Origin: Bacteroidota bacterium
GTDB lineage: Bacteria; Bacteroidota; Bacteroidia; CAILMK01; JAAYUY01
DNA length: 35,220 nucleotides
Assembly: GCA_034723125.1 (NCBI GenBank)
Contig: JAYEOP010000303.1
Location: forward strand, 1 to 35,220
Reading direction: 5' to 3'
The translations under genes and the position numbers were made by a program. Below the pieces are notes generated by a model. That model searched no databases. It had not been told where the DNA came from and saw nothing but the letters and a program-made list of their open reading frames with translations. Positions 9,142 to 17,845 of the stretch are shown here, one piece after another. The first letter of the stretch is position 1. Each line of letters starts with the position of its first letter.

Positions 9142-10683
9142 TTATTCAAATAATTTATCTTTAAGTTCATTCAATTTAAATGGCTTACTTATAAAATCAT
9201 CCATTCCTGCCTTAAAACATTTTTCTTTATCGCCTTTCATTGCATTTGCAGTCATTGCAATAATTCTTGTTTTCTTTTTATTTTCTTCTTTTTCAATCTT
9301 TCTAATTCTTTTTGTTGCTTCGTATCCATCTATTTCTGGCATTTGACAATCCATGAATATTAAATCATACTTATTGCTTTTATATTTTTCTAAAGCTATT
9401 TTGCCATTTTCTGCAATTTCAACTTCTTGATTTAATTCTTCAAGGTTAAACTTTGCAACTTTTTGATTTATAAGATTGTCTTCAGCAACTAAAATTTTAA
9501 ATTGTTTTTCCTTATTTTTGATTGACTTTTTTTTGCTGTTTTCAGTATTTGATTCTTTTGATTCCGAAATACCAAATTTTGCAGTAAACCAAAATGTAGA
9601 GCCTTCACCTTCTTTGCTTTCTACTCCTATTTCACCATTCATTAATGCACATATTTTTTTAGAAATAACGAGTCCTAATCCTGTTCCTCCAAATTTTCTT
9701 GTTGTTGAAGTATCTGCTTGTGAAAATGCTTTAAATAGTTTGTTTTGTTTTTCTTTAGGAATTCCAATACCTGTATCTATTACTTTAAATAATAGTTTTA
9801 CATCTGTTTTCTTTTGTTCCACAGAATCAACAATAATTTTTATGCTTCCTTTTTTTGTAAATTTGATTGCATTGTTTACAAGATTTATTAATATTTGTTT
9901 TAATCTAACGGTATCTCCTATAAGTATGTGCGGAACTGTAGGTTTTATATCTACAATAAGTTCTAATTTTTGTTGATCAACTTTTGTTTTTAAAATCATT
10001 TTCACATTTGAAATTTCCTTAGAAATACTGAAATCAATTTTTTCCAATTTCATTTCACCTGCTTCAATTTTTGAAAAATCCAGTATGTCATTTACAATTG
10101 TTACAAGATTATCACTTGAGGTAACAATGATGTCGAATAGCTCCCTTTGTTGTTCGCTTAACTTTGTATTTTGTATAACATTTGTAGTACCTATAATTCC
10201 GTTTAGGGGTGTTCGTATTTCATGGCTCATATTTGCCAAAAATGTACTTTTAAACTCGTTAGCTATTTCCGCCTTTTTTTTGGCATTAACTAATTCATTT
10301 TGTGTCTTTTTTAACATCAAATGAGTATTAACTCTTGCTAATAATTCGTGTTTGTTAAAGGGTTTTGAAATATAATCAACAGCACCAAGTTGAAAACCCT
10401 TTACAATGTTATCAGTATCTTTTAGTGCTGTTAAAAATATGATGGGTACATCTTTTGTTACAGGATTGCTTTTCAGTTGTTTACATACTTCAAACCCATC
10501 AATATCTGGCATCATGATGTCAAGTAAAATAAGATCAAATTTTGTTGATTTTGCTTTACTTATGGCAGATTTTCCGGTATTTGCTGTTGCAAATTTAAAT
10601 TTTGATTTTTCAAGGATATTCGTTATTAAGTTAATATTTGATTGCATATCATCAACTATTAATATTTTTGTGTTTGCTTCCAT
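9142..10683 (-). CDS. Hybrid sensor histidine kinase, REC-HisKA-HATPase-REC.
   Basis: The ORF 9142..10776 overlaps the upstream gene. The likely start is the internal MEANTKILIVDD (ATG at 10681-10683). N-terminal REC (DLILLDIMMPDIDG, YISKPF), H-box FLANMSHEIRTPLNGI, N/G boxes (NLVNNAIKFT, DTGIGI, GGTGLGL), C-terminal REC (DLIFMDCQMPEIDG, FISKPF). Confidence 0.88.
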   Translation of the reverse strand: MEANTKILIVDDMQSNINLITNILEKSKFKFATANTGKSAISKAKSTKFDLILLDIMMPDIDGFEVCKQLKSNPVTKDVPIIFLTALKDTDNIVKGFQLGAVDYISKPFNKHELLARVNTHLMLKKTQNELVNAKKKAEIANEFKSTFLANMSHEIRTPLNGIIGTTNVIQNTKLSEQQRELFDIIVTSSDNLVTIVNDILDFSKIEAGEMKLEKIDFSISKEISNVKMILKTKVDQQKLELIVDIKPTVPHILIGDTVRLKQILINLVNNAIKFTKKGSIKIIVDSVEQKKTDVKLLFKVIDTGIGIPKEKQNKLFKAFSQADTSTTRKFGGTGLGLVISKKICALMNGEIGVESKEGEGSTFWFTAKFGISESKESNTENSKKKSIKNKEKQFKILVAEDNLINQKVAKFNLEELNQEVEIAENGKIALEKYKSNKYDLIFMDCQMPEIDGYEATKRIRKIEKEENKKKTRIIAMTANAMKGDKEKCFKAGMDDFISKPFKLNELKDKLFE

Positions 10684-10708
10684 AATAATTAATTTTATAA
10701 AAATGTTT

Positions 10709-12256
10709 TTAATTGATAAATTTTGAGATAATGGAATATAAAATTTTTGATTTAATTGGCTTAGCGATATAATCATTGCACCCTTTTTCTATAAATTTTT
10801 CTCTATCACCATCTAAGGCATAAGCAGTTTGTGCAATTATAGGAATATCTTTGCTGAATTTCCGTATTTCTCCTGTAGCCTCAATTCCATTAAGTACAGG
10901 TATATTAATATCCATTAATATTACATCAATAGATGGGTCGTTTTTGCATATTTCAACTGCTTCTTTTCCATTTGTTGCTTTAATGATTTGTGCTTTTGAT
11001 TTTTTTAGTAATGCTTCAATATATAAATAATTTGACTCAACATCTTCTACTACTAATATTTTTTTAGTTTCCCAATTTCCTGTATCTATTATATTAGTAT
11101 CCTCCTGTTTTACATCATTTTGACTAACAGTTTCAAATGGAATTGTGAAGTAAAAAGTAGAACCTTTATCTTTTTGGGATTCTAGGTACATCTTTCCACC
11201 AAGTAATCTTACGAGTTTTTTTGAAATGGATAAACCTAGTCCTGTTCCTTCAATGTTTCTTGAAATAGTACTCTCATCTTGCCCGAATCTATCAAATATT
11301 TTTTCTTTTGCTTCTTCGCTTATTCCTGTACCTGTGTCTTTTACAAAAAATTCTATTTCTTTGATATTGTTGCTTTTATCTTTGATGTAATCAAATCCAA
11401 ATTCAATGTATCCTTTGTCGGTAAATTTTAATGAATTACTTAAAAGGTTATTCAGCACTTGATTTAATCTGTATTTATCTGTTTTTATTATAAATATTTC
11501 TTCATTTGGTATTTTTGTTTTTATTTCTACTTCGGTTAATTCCCTTTTTTCTTTTTGATTTTCAAATGATACTTTTAATTCATTCAATATTGTAGTAATA
11601 TTACAATCTTTTTTAATTATATTTATTTTATTTGCTTCAATTTTTGAAATATCAATAATATCATTTATTAAATTAAGTAAATTTTGACCACTTTTATTTA
11701 TGTATTTTGCAAAATTATATTTTTCTTTATCAGATAGTTTAGAGGATAACAATAATTCAGAAAATCCAAGGATTGAATTTAAGGGACTACGTATTTCATG
11801 CGACATATTTGCAATAAAAGCTGATTTTTGGATGTTTGCTTCTTCTGTGACTTTAATAGCATTTTTTAATTTTATTTTTGATTTACGTAAATCAATGTGA
11901 GTTTTTACTCTTACAAGAAGTTCTTTTTCATTAAATGGTTTATTTATAAAATCTATTCCACCGTTTTCAAATCCTTTAACAACACTTTCAGTACTTCTTT
12001 TTACTGTTAAAAATATTACAGGTACATCTTTAGTATTGGGATCTGATTTAATTTCTTTACAAATTGTATATCCATCTTTGCCGGGTAAAATAATATCTAA
12101 TAAAATAAGGTCGAATTGCTGAGATTTAGTTGATTTTAGAGCAGTTTCACCATTACCAGAAATCTTTGTTTTGTATCCTTCATTTTCAAGGATTTGTGAT
12201 ATTTTTTCTCCAATTACTTTTGAGTCTTCAACAATTAGTATTTTTGGTTTTAGCAT
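10709..12256 (-). CDS. Hybrid sensor histidine kinase, REC-HisKA-HATPase-REC; paralog of 9142..10683.
   Basis: 515-aa ORF. N-terminal REC (KILIVEDS, DLILLDIILPGKDG, FINKPF), H-box FIANMSHEIRSPLNSI, HATPase (NLLSNSLKFT, DTGTGI, GTGLGLSISKKL), C-terminal REC (VVEDVESN, VILMDINIPVLNG, YIAKPI). Confidence 0.9.
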   Translation of the reverse strand: MLKPKILIVEDSKVIGEKISQILENEGYKTKISGNGETALKSTKSQQFDLILLDIILPGKDGYTICKEIKSDPNTKDVPVIFLTVKRSTESVVKGFENGGIDFINKPFNEKELLVRVKTHIDLRKSKIKLKNAIKVTEEANIQKSAFIANMSHEIRSPLNSILGFSELLLSSKLSDKEKYNFAKYINKSGQNLLNLINDIIDISKIEANKINIIKKDCNITTILNELKVSFENQKEKRELTEVEIKTKIPNEEIFIIKTDKYRLNQVLNNLLSNSLKFTDKGYIEFGFDYIKDKSNNIKEIEFFVKDTGTGISEEAKEKIFDRFGQDESTISRNIEGTGLGLSISKKLVRLLGGKMYLESQKDKGSTFYFTIPFETVSQNDVKQEDTNIIDTGNWETKKILVVEDVESNYLYIEALLKKSKAQIIKATNGKEAVEICKNDPSIDVILMDINIPVLNGIEATGEIRKFSKDIPIIAQTAYALDGDREKFIEKGCNDYIAKPIKSKILYSIISKFIN

Positions 12257-12268
12257 AATTTTAATTTA

Positions 12269-13336
12269 TTATTTTTTAAAATTAATGATGAAAGAAGCTA
12301 TTTGATTAATGGGTAATATTTTTATTGTAGGATCTAATTCTATCGCTTTACGTGGCATACCAAAAACAACAGATGATTCTTCATCTTGAGCAATTGTAAA
12401 TGCACCTGCTTCTTTCATTTCTAACAAACTTTTAGCACCATCATCACCCATGCCTGTTAAAATAATTCCAATTGCATTTTTCCCTAAAGTTTGAGCTGCA
12501 GAGCGAAATAGTACGTCAACAGATGGTCTATGACGGTTTACAAGTTCTCCTTTTTTTAATTGTACATAATATTTTAAATTAATTTTGTTTATTAATAAAT
12601 GAAAATCTCCATGAGCAATAATAGCTTTTCCTTTTTTAATTTCTTCATTGTTTGATGCTTCTGTAACTTCAATGTTGCAAATGCTATTAAGTCTTTTGGC
12701 AAAAGCAGTTGTAAAATTTTTGGGCATGTGTTGAACAATGACAATGGGAGGGGAGTTTTGGGGCAATTGACGAAGAATGTTTGTGATAGCCATTGTTCCT
12801 CCTGTGGAAGCACCTATAATAATTACTTTATTTGTTAATTGAATATTTTTGATTTTCTTTTTAGCTATAATTACATCAACAGATAATTTTTTAGAAACAG
12901 ATTTGAATTTTAACAAATTGTTTTGGTTTTTTACAGCCATTGCTGCTTTAATTTTGTCACATATAAGTACTGTTGATTCATTAAGAAACTCTTTTAGATT
13001 AGTGGGTTTGTTAATAACTTCTACTGCACCGTAATCTATTGCTTTTAATACCAATTTAGAATTATTTTCTGTTAAGCTCGAAATCATCACAACAGGTATT
13101 GGATGTTGTTTCATTATTTTTTTTAAAAATGTTATGCCATCCATTCTTGGCATATCAATGTCAAGGGTTATTACATCCGGTGTTTCTTTAGAAATTTTTT
13201 TAGCTGCAAAATATGGGTTGCTGGCAGTTTCAATTACTTCTAAATCAGGATCGTCATTTATTATCTTTTTTAAGAACTCCCTTACTGTTGCAGAATCATC
13301 AACAATCAACACTTTGATTTTGTTTTTGTTTTTCAT
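12269..13336 (-). CDS. cheB: Chemotaxis response regulator protein-glutamate methylesterase CheB.
   Basis: REC domain (KVLIVDDSATVR, VITLDIDMPRMDG) plus a methylesterase domain with GASTGG, VQHMP and GMGDDG motifs. Start taken at MKNKNKIKVLIVDD (ATG at 13334-13336) rather than the ORF-track start at 13378. Confidence 0.9.
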   Translation of the reverse strand: MKNKNKIKVLIVDDSATVREFLKKIINDDPDLEVIETASNPYFAAKKISKETPDVITLDIDMPRMDGITFLKKIMKQHPIPVVMISSLTENNSKLVLKAIDYGAVEVINKPTNLKEFLNESTVLICDKIKAAMAVKNQNNLLKFKSVSKKLSVDVIIAKKKIKNIQLTNKVIIIGASTGGTMAITNILRQLPQNSPPIVIVQHMPKNFTTAFAKRLNSICNIEVTEASNNEEIKKGKAIIAHGDFHLLINKINLKYYVQLKKGELVNRHRPSVDVLFRSAAQTLGKNAIGIILTGMGDDGAKSLLEMKEAGAFTIAQDEESSVVFGMPRKAIELDPTIKILPINQIASFIINFKK

Positions 13337-13418
13337 CTTTATGAAATTTATGACCGTAAATATATGAAATTTAAACACGAAAAATGAAATTTATTTTCAC
13401 CTTTTTTAAATTATCATT

Positions 13419-13895
13419 TTATATTTTACTTTTTTTTATCATATATTGTTTTACTTCTGAGCTTTCTGTATTAAATATTATTCTTCGTCCTAAAGTACCT
13501 CCTACACTTGAACTTATTATTGGAATATTATTATTGTCAAGTATATATTTAGCAATGTCAATATTCTTTTGTCCAATGTTGAAAATATTATTGTTATGAG
13601 AGAGCATTGATGCACCACCAAATACTTTAGCTTTTAAATTACTTTTGTAAGAATCGTAGCTCAATAATTTTTTTATAAGTTGTTCAATTGCATAGTTGCC
13701 ATATTTTGGTGTAGCAAGTCCATTCCCATTCCAAAGTGGGAGCATATAGTGTGTCATTCCCCCAACTTTTAATTTTGAATTGTACAAACAAACAGCAACG
13801 CATGATCCTAACAATGTTTTTATGTAAACTGTTTTGTTGCTTGCAAACAGAGTAGAAGGGTATAAAAAAAAAATATTTTGATTTTTATTATCCAT
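13419..13895 (-). CDS. cheD: Chemoreceptor glutamine deamidase CheD.
   Basis: 158-aa ORF with a CheD-like LLGSCVAVCLY (catalytic Cys context) and GGMTHYMLP. Confidence 0.85.
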   Translation of the reverse strand: MDNKNQNIFFLYPSTLFASNKTVYIKTLLGSCVAVCLYNSKLKVGGMTHYMLPLWNGNGLATPKYGNYAIEQLIKKLLSYDSYKSNLKAKVFGGASMLSHNNNIFNIGQKNIDIAKYILDNNNIPIISSSVGGTLGRRIIFNTESSEVKQYMIKKSKI

Positions 13896-13900
13896 TTATT

Positions 13901-14737
13901 CTAAAATAATTCGTCTTCTGAAAATAGATTTTCTTCTTCAGAATAATCTTCTATTATATTTTTAAAATCAGGGATGTTGATACTAAATGTGCTACCTTGG
14001 TTAATTTTGCTTTTCACATCAATTTTGCCATCTAAAATATCTATTAATGCTTTTGATACTGATAAACCAAGACCATGGCCATTATTTAGGGAATGTACAT
14101 TTTTGTCGGATTTTGTAAACCTGTCAAAGATTTTTTGTAATGTATCTTTCTCAATACCCCTTCCCGAATCCTCTATTTTAAGATTTAAATTATCCTTGCT
14201 TTGTATTACATTAATAAATATTGTATTATTCTTATTGCTGTATTTAATGGCATTATCTAATAAGTTTAGTAAAATAAGTATTAGCATATTACTATCTGTG
14301 TAAAAAGAATTATTGTGAACTTTGGTGCTAATATTTGTTTCAAAAATCAATTTCTTTTTATCAGCTTTGTTTTTCATTATACTTACTGATTCATTTATCA
14401 AATCTTTAATATTTAATTTTGTGATTTGTGGAGAACTAATTCCTGCCTCAAGTTCTGCTGCTGTAAAAATATTTTTTAATTGAAAATCTAAGTCAAATGC
14501 TTCAGAGAATATAGTGTTTGCCATATTTTTTGACTTTTGAATATCATTTGTTTTAAAAATATTTTTTGATGAACTTATTATTGATGAGAGTGGATTTATA
14601 ATTTCGTTCATAACATTTGAAAGAAAATGGCTTTTCATAGTTTCCGATTCTTTCAATTTTTCATTAATTACTTTTATTTGTTTTGTCAGTTCTTTGTTTT
14701 CTGTTTTAAGTTTATCAATTTCTATTTTATTGTTCAT
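13901..14737 (-). CDS. Soluble histidine-kinase-like protein (coiled coil + DHp-like + intact HATPase_c) that lacks the canonical H-box histidine.
   Basis: 278 aa with no TM or sensor domain. The H-box reads KSHFLSNVMNEIINPLSS, against FLANMSHEIRTPL and FIANMSHEIRSPL in the two hybrid kinases; the Asn codon is at 14606-14608. N box LLNLLDNAIKYS, G1 IEDSGRGI, F IFDRF and G2 GHGLGLSVSKAL are all present. Confidence 0.8.
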   Translation of the reverse strand: MNNKIEIDKLKTENKELTKQIKVINEKLKESETMKSHFLSNVMNEIINPLSSIISSSKNIFKTNDIQKSKNMANTIFSEAFDLDFQLKNIFTAAELEAGISSPQITKLNIKDLINESVSIMKNKADKKKLIFETNISTKVHNNSFYTDSNMLILILLNLLDNAIKYSNKNNTIFINVIQSKDNLNLKIEDSGRGIEKDTLQKIFDRFTKSDKNVHSLNNGHGLGLSVSKALIDILDGKIDVKSKINQGSTFSINIPDFKNIIEDYSEEENLFSEDELF

Positions 14738-14759
14738 AAGGTTTAAAGTTTAAAAGTTA

Positions 14760-15617
14760 TTATGATATTTTTTGATATACTGACGGTCTAATAAGTTTAA
14801 AAGGAAGATTATAATTTGATAATGATTCGGATAAACCAACAAATAAATAAGCATTGTGTTTTAGTTTCGTTGCTAATTTTTTAATTACTTTTAGTTGTGT
14901 TTCTCTAGAAAAATATATTAAAACATTTTTGCAGAATATTATATCAAAATTATCAGGGACTTCATATTGTGAGTCCATAAAATTCAGTTTTTCAAATTTT
15001 ATTTTTGATCTTAGTTCAGGGACAATTCTTAGGTAATTTTTTGTTTTGTCTTTACTTTTTAAAAAATATCTTTTCATCAAAGATGTTTCAATGTTGATTA
15101 TTCTTTTTTGATGGAATATTCCAAGCTTAGATTTGTTAAGCATTTCATTTGAAACATCAGTAGCAAATATTTCATAATTAAAATCCTGATTATGAATTGC
15201 AAAATTATTTAAAACAAATGACATTGTGTAGGGTTCTTCTCCGCTAGAGCATCCTGCACTCCATATATTAAATGTACTGTTGTGGGAATTGTTTTTTTTG
15301 AAATTTGGAAGTATATTGTTTTTTAAAAATTCAAAATGAGCATTTTCACGAAAAAAATCTGTTTTGTTTGTTAATATTCTGTCAGTCATGTGTGCCAATT
15401 CGTTTTGCAATCCTTCATTTGAAAAAACATGATTTACATACTCTTTCATAGAGTCAATTTCCAATTTATTTAATCGTCTTTGCAATCTGCTTTCAAGCAA
15501 AACTTTTTTGTGAGCAGGTAATTTTATACCATAGTTTTGTGTTATGAATTCACTTAAACGTTTAAAATCAAGTGTAGAAAGTTTATTCTTCTGATATGTA
15601 TTTGATTCCTTTTTCAT
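14760..15617 (-). CDS. cheR: Chemotaxis protein methyltransferase CheR.
   Basis: 285-aa ORF with CheR-type SAM-binding motif IWSAGCSSGEEPYT and ...IFCKNVLIYF. Confidence 0.9.
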   Translation of the reverse strand: MKKESNTYQKNKLSTLDFKRLSEFITQNYGIKLPAHKKVLLESRLQRRLNKLEIDSMKEYVNHVFSNEGLQNELAHMTDRILTNKTDFFRENAHFEFLKNNILPNFKKNNSHNSTFNIWSAGCSSGEEPYTMSFVLNNFAIHNQDFNYEIFATDVSNEMLNKSKLGIFHQKRIINIETSLMKRYFLKSKDKTKNYLRIVPELRSKIKFEKLNFMDSQYEVPDNFDIIFCKNVLIYFSRETQLKVIKKLATKLKHNAYLFVGLSESLSNYNLPFKLIRPSVYQKIS

Positions 15618-15719
15618 TTACTTCGCTATTATTCAATAGTCATTTGTTTCCCTGTTATTTTGTCGTTATTTAATAATCATAATTCGTAAATCAAAAATCG
15701 TCAATAGTCATTCTTAAGC

Positions 15720-17348
15720 TTAAAATCTTTCAAAATCATCGTCAATAGAATCTGATTGATTATAATCGTTCATATTTATGTTTACACCTTTATTCTTTTC
15801 TTGAACATTATTTGTACTTGTTAGTTCTTTTTTTTTCTTTTTCATTTTATTAATATTTCCTGTTTTGAAAAAAGAAATAGTGTCTTTTAATGAATCAGCC
15901 TGTCCTGAAAGTTCTTCACTACTTGTTGCAGTTTCCTCTGAGGTGGCGGCATTTTGTTGTGTTACTTCATTAAGTTGTTGGATTGCTTCGTTTATTTGCT
16001 CTGCACCTGAGCTTTGTTCTTTACTTGAAGCTGTTATTTCTTGCACAAGCATTAAAGATTTATCAACTTCAGGGACTAATTTTTTTAAAAAGATTTCTGC
16101 TTCTTTTGAATTTTTAACATTGTTTTTTGTTAAAGTATTTATTTCAATTGCTGCTACTTTACTTTTTTCAGCAAGTTTACCGACCTCAGCAGCTACTACA
16201 CCAAATCCTTTACCGTGTTCACCTGCTCTTGCTGCTTCAACTGCTGCATTTAATGCAAGAATATTGGTTTGAAAAGCTATATCACTTATTATTGATATTT
16301 TATTAGCAATTGTTTCCATTGAAATGGTAGAGTTTTTAGCTTCTTCACTTACAAGTTTTATTGCCTCGGTAGTACGGATTGAAATTTTTTCCATCTCTTT
16401 TGAATTATCTCTGTTTTGCTCAATGCTGGATGTCATTTCTTCCATTGATGAGGTAATTTCTTCTGTTGATGATGCCTGTTCTGTTGCACCTTGAGATAAT
16501 TGTTGTGAACTGGAACTTAGTTCAATTCCTGCCGAACTTATATTTTCAATAGCAAACTGTATATTATTAATCATATTGCCTATCTTGTTTTTCATTTTTA
16601 AAACGTTATCAAGCATTTTTCCCACTTCATCTTTTGAATCATTTTTTATATCAAGTGAAAAATTACCAACAGATAATTGCTCTATTGTATAGTTGATAGT
16701 TTTTATTTTCATAGCAATGCTGTAGATTATATATAAAGCTAATGTGGCAAGTATTATAAGACCAATTATTAAAAATAAAATAGAACTTTTTATTGTTTTT
16801 GTTAGTAATAAATCTCCTTCATTGTGCAATTTCTTTGCAATTTCCAGTTGAATACTTTTTAACATATCTAAGTTTTTTGTTAGAATATTCCCTGTTTGAT
16901 ATAAATTATTATCAATATTTTCCTTTAATGCTTCTTTATCTTTTTCTTTTAAAATTAATTCAATAACATCCAATTCAGAATATATCTTTGGAAATTGCTT
17001 GTCAATTTTATTTGATAGTTCTTTCTCTTCGCCTTCAATTTTTGAGTTTAAATATTTATCCCAATTTTCTTTTATTATTTCTCGTGCATTTATAACGTGG
17101 GTTAATCCTTCTTCAAAAGTGAATATTCCTACATAAACTTTGTTTATGGCATCAATTATTTTAACGGAATATGCATCATTTATTTTTTCAAGTTGCTCTA
17201 AGGGAATTATTCTGTCATAATACATAGTTGACATATTATCATTTATACTTTTATTACTTTTTATTGCAGATGTCTCTACCAGAATGATTAATGCAGAAAA
17301 GATAAGAAGAAGAAAAAGCAGTTTTGTTTTAATTTTTATTTTTTTCAT
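15720..17348 (-). CDS. Methyl-accepting chemotaxis protein: two TM helices, periplasmic helical sensor, HAMP and MA signalling domain.
   Basis: 542-aa ORF. TM1 [15 protein letters not shown] and TM2 [20 protein letters not shown]. Conserved hairpin tip [37 protein letters not shown]. Confidence 0.92.
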   Translation of the reverse strand: MKKIKIKTKLLFLLLIFSALIILVETSAIKSNKSINDNMSTMYYDRIIPLEQLEKINDAYSVKIIDAINKVYVGIFTFEEGLTHVINAREIIKENWDKYLNSKIEGEEKELSNKIDKQFPKIYSELDVIELILKEKDKEALKENIDNNLYQTGNILTKNLDMLKSIQLEIAKKLHNEGDLLLTKTIKSSILFLIIGLIILATLALYIIYSIAMKIKTINYTIEQLSVGNFSLDIKNDSKDEVGKMLDNVLKMKNKIGNMINNIQFAIENISSAGIELSSSSQQLSQGATEQASSTEEITSSMEEMTSSIEQNRDNSKEMEKISIRTTEAIKLVSEEAKNSTISMETIANKISIISDIAFQTNILALNAAVEAARAGEHGKGFGVVAAEVGKLAEKSKVAAIEINTLTKNNVKNSKEAEIFLKKLVPEVDKSLMLVQEITASSKEQSSGAEQINEAIQQLNEVTQQNAATSEETATSSEELSGQADSLKDTISFFKTGNINKMKKKKKELTSTNNVQEKNKGVNINMNDYNQSDSIDDDFERF

Positions 17349-17357
17349 AATTTTTAT

Positions 17358-17834
17358 TTATTTTTTTAAGATTGAAACTTCGTCAGTTGAGAAGAGTTTA
17401 TTAATATTAAGAAGAATAATAAAATCATTTTGATGTTTTATCACTCCTTCAATAAATTCTGATTTGTATTTTTCTCCAATAGCAGGAGGTGGCTTAATGT
17501 TTTTATCATCAATTTTAAGTACATTATTTACTGAATCTACAATAGCACCAATGTTTATTGTTTCATCATCTAATTCAATTTCAAAGACGATAATACATGT
17601 ATTTTTAGTAGTATCTGTTTTTTTCATATTGAACTTTTCTTTTGCATCAATAACAGCTAATACTTGTCCTCTTAAGTTAATTACACCTTTCATGTAATCA
17701 GGAGAGTTAGGAACACTTGTAATATTTTGAATAGGTAAAATATGAAGAACATTTTTTACATTAGCGGCAAATAATTCATTGCCAAGTATGAATGTTAAAT
17801 ATGAATTAATTTTTTCGGATTTATTTTTCTCCAT
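17358..17834 (-). CDS. cheW: Chemotaxis coupling protein CheW.
   Basis: 158-aa ORF with CheW-like fold motifs (YLTFILGNELFAANV, GVINLRGQVLAVID) and a position between cheA and mcp. Confidence 0.88.
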   Translation of the reverse strand: MEKNKSEKINSYLTFILGNELFAANVKNVLHILPIQNITSVPNSPDYMKGVINLRGQVLAVIDAKEKFNMKKTDTTKNTCIIVFEIELDDETINIGAIVDSVNNVLKIDDKNIKPPPAIGEKYKSEFIEGVIKHQNDFIILLNINKLFSTDEVSILKK

Positions 17835-17845
17835 TTTAAAATGTT

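Noticed and set aside
13352-13364. The 13-mer GACCGTAAATATA is shared upstream of cheB (13352-13364) and upstream of the first operon gene (20715-20727). On the coding strand it reads TATATTTACGGTC, a near -7 box (TAtaTTTA).
   Set aside because: A single 13-nt match within 35 kb of AT-rich sequence is within chance expectation, and the box deviates from TAnnTTTG at the final G. It is kept only as a note for transcription start site mapping.
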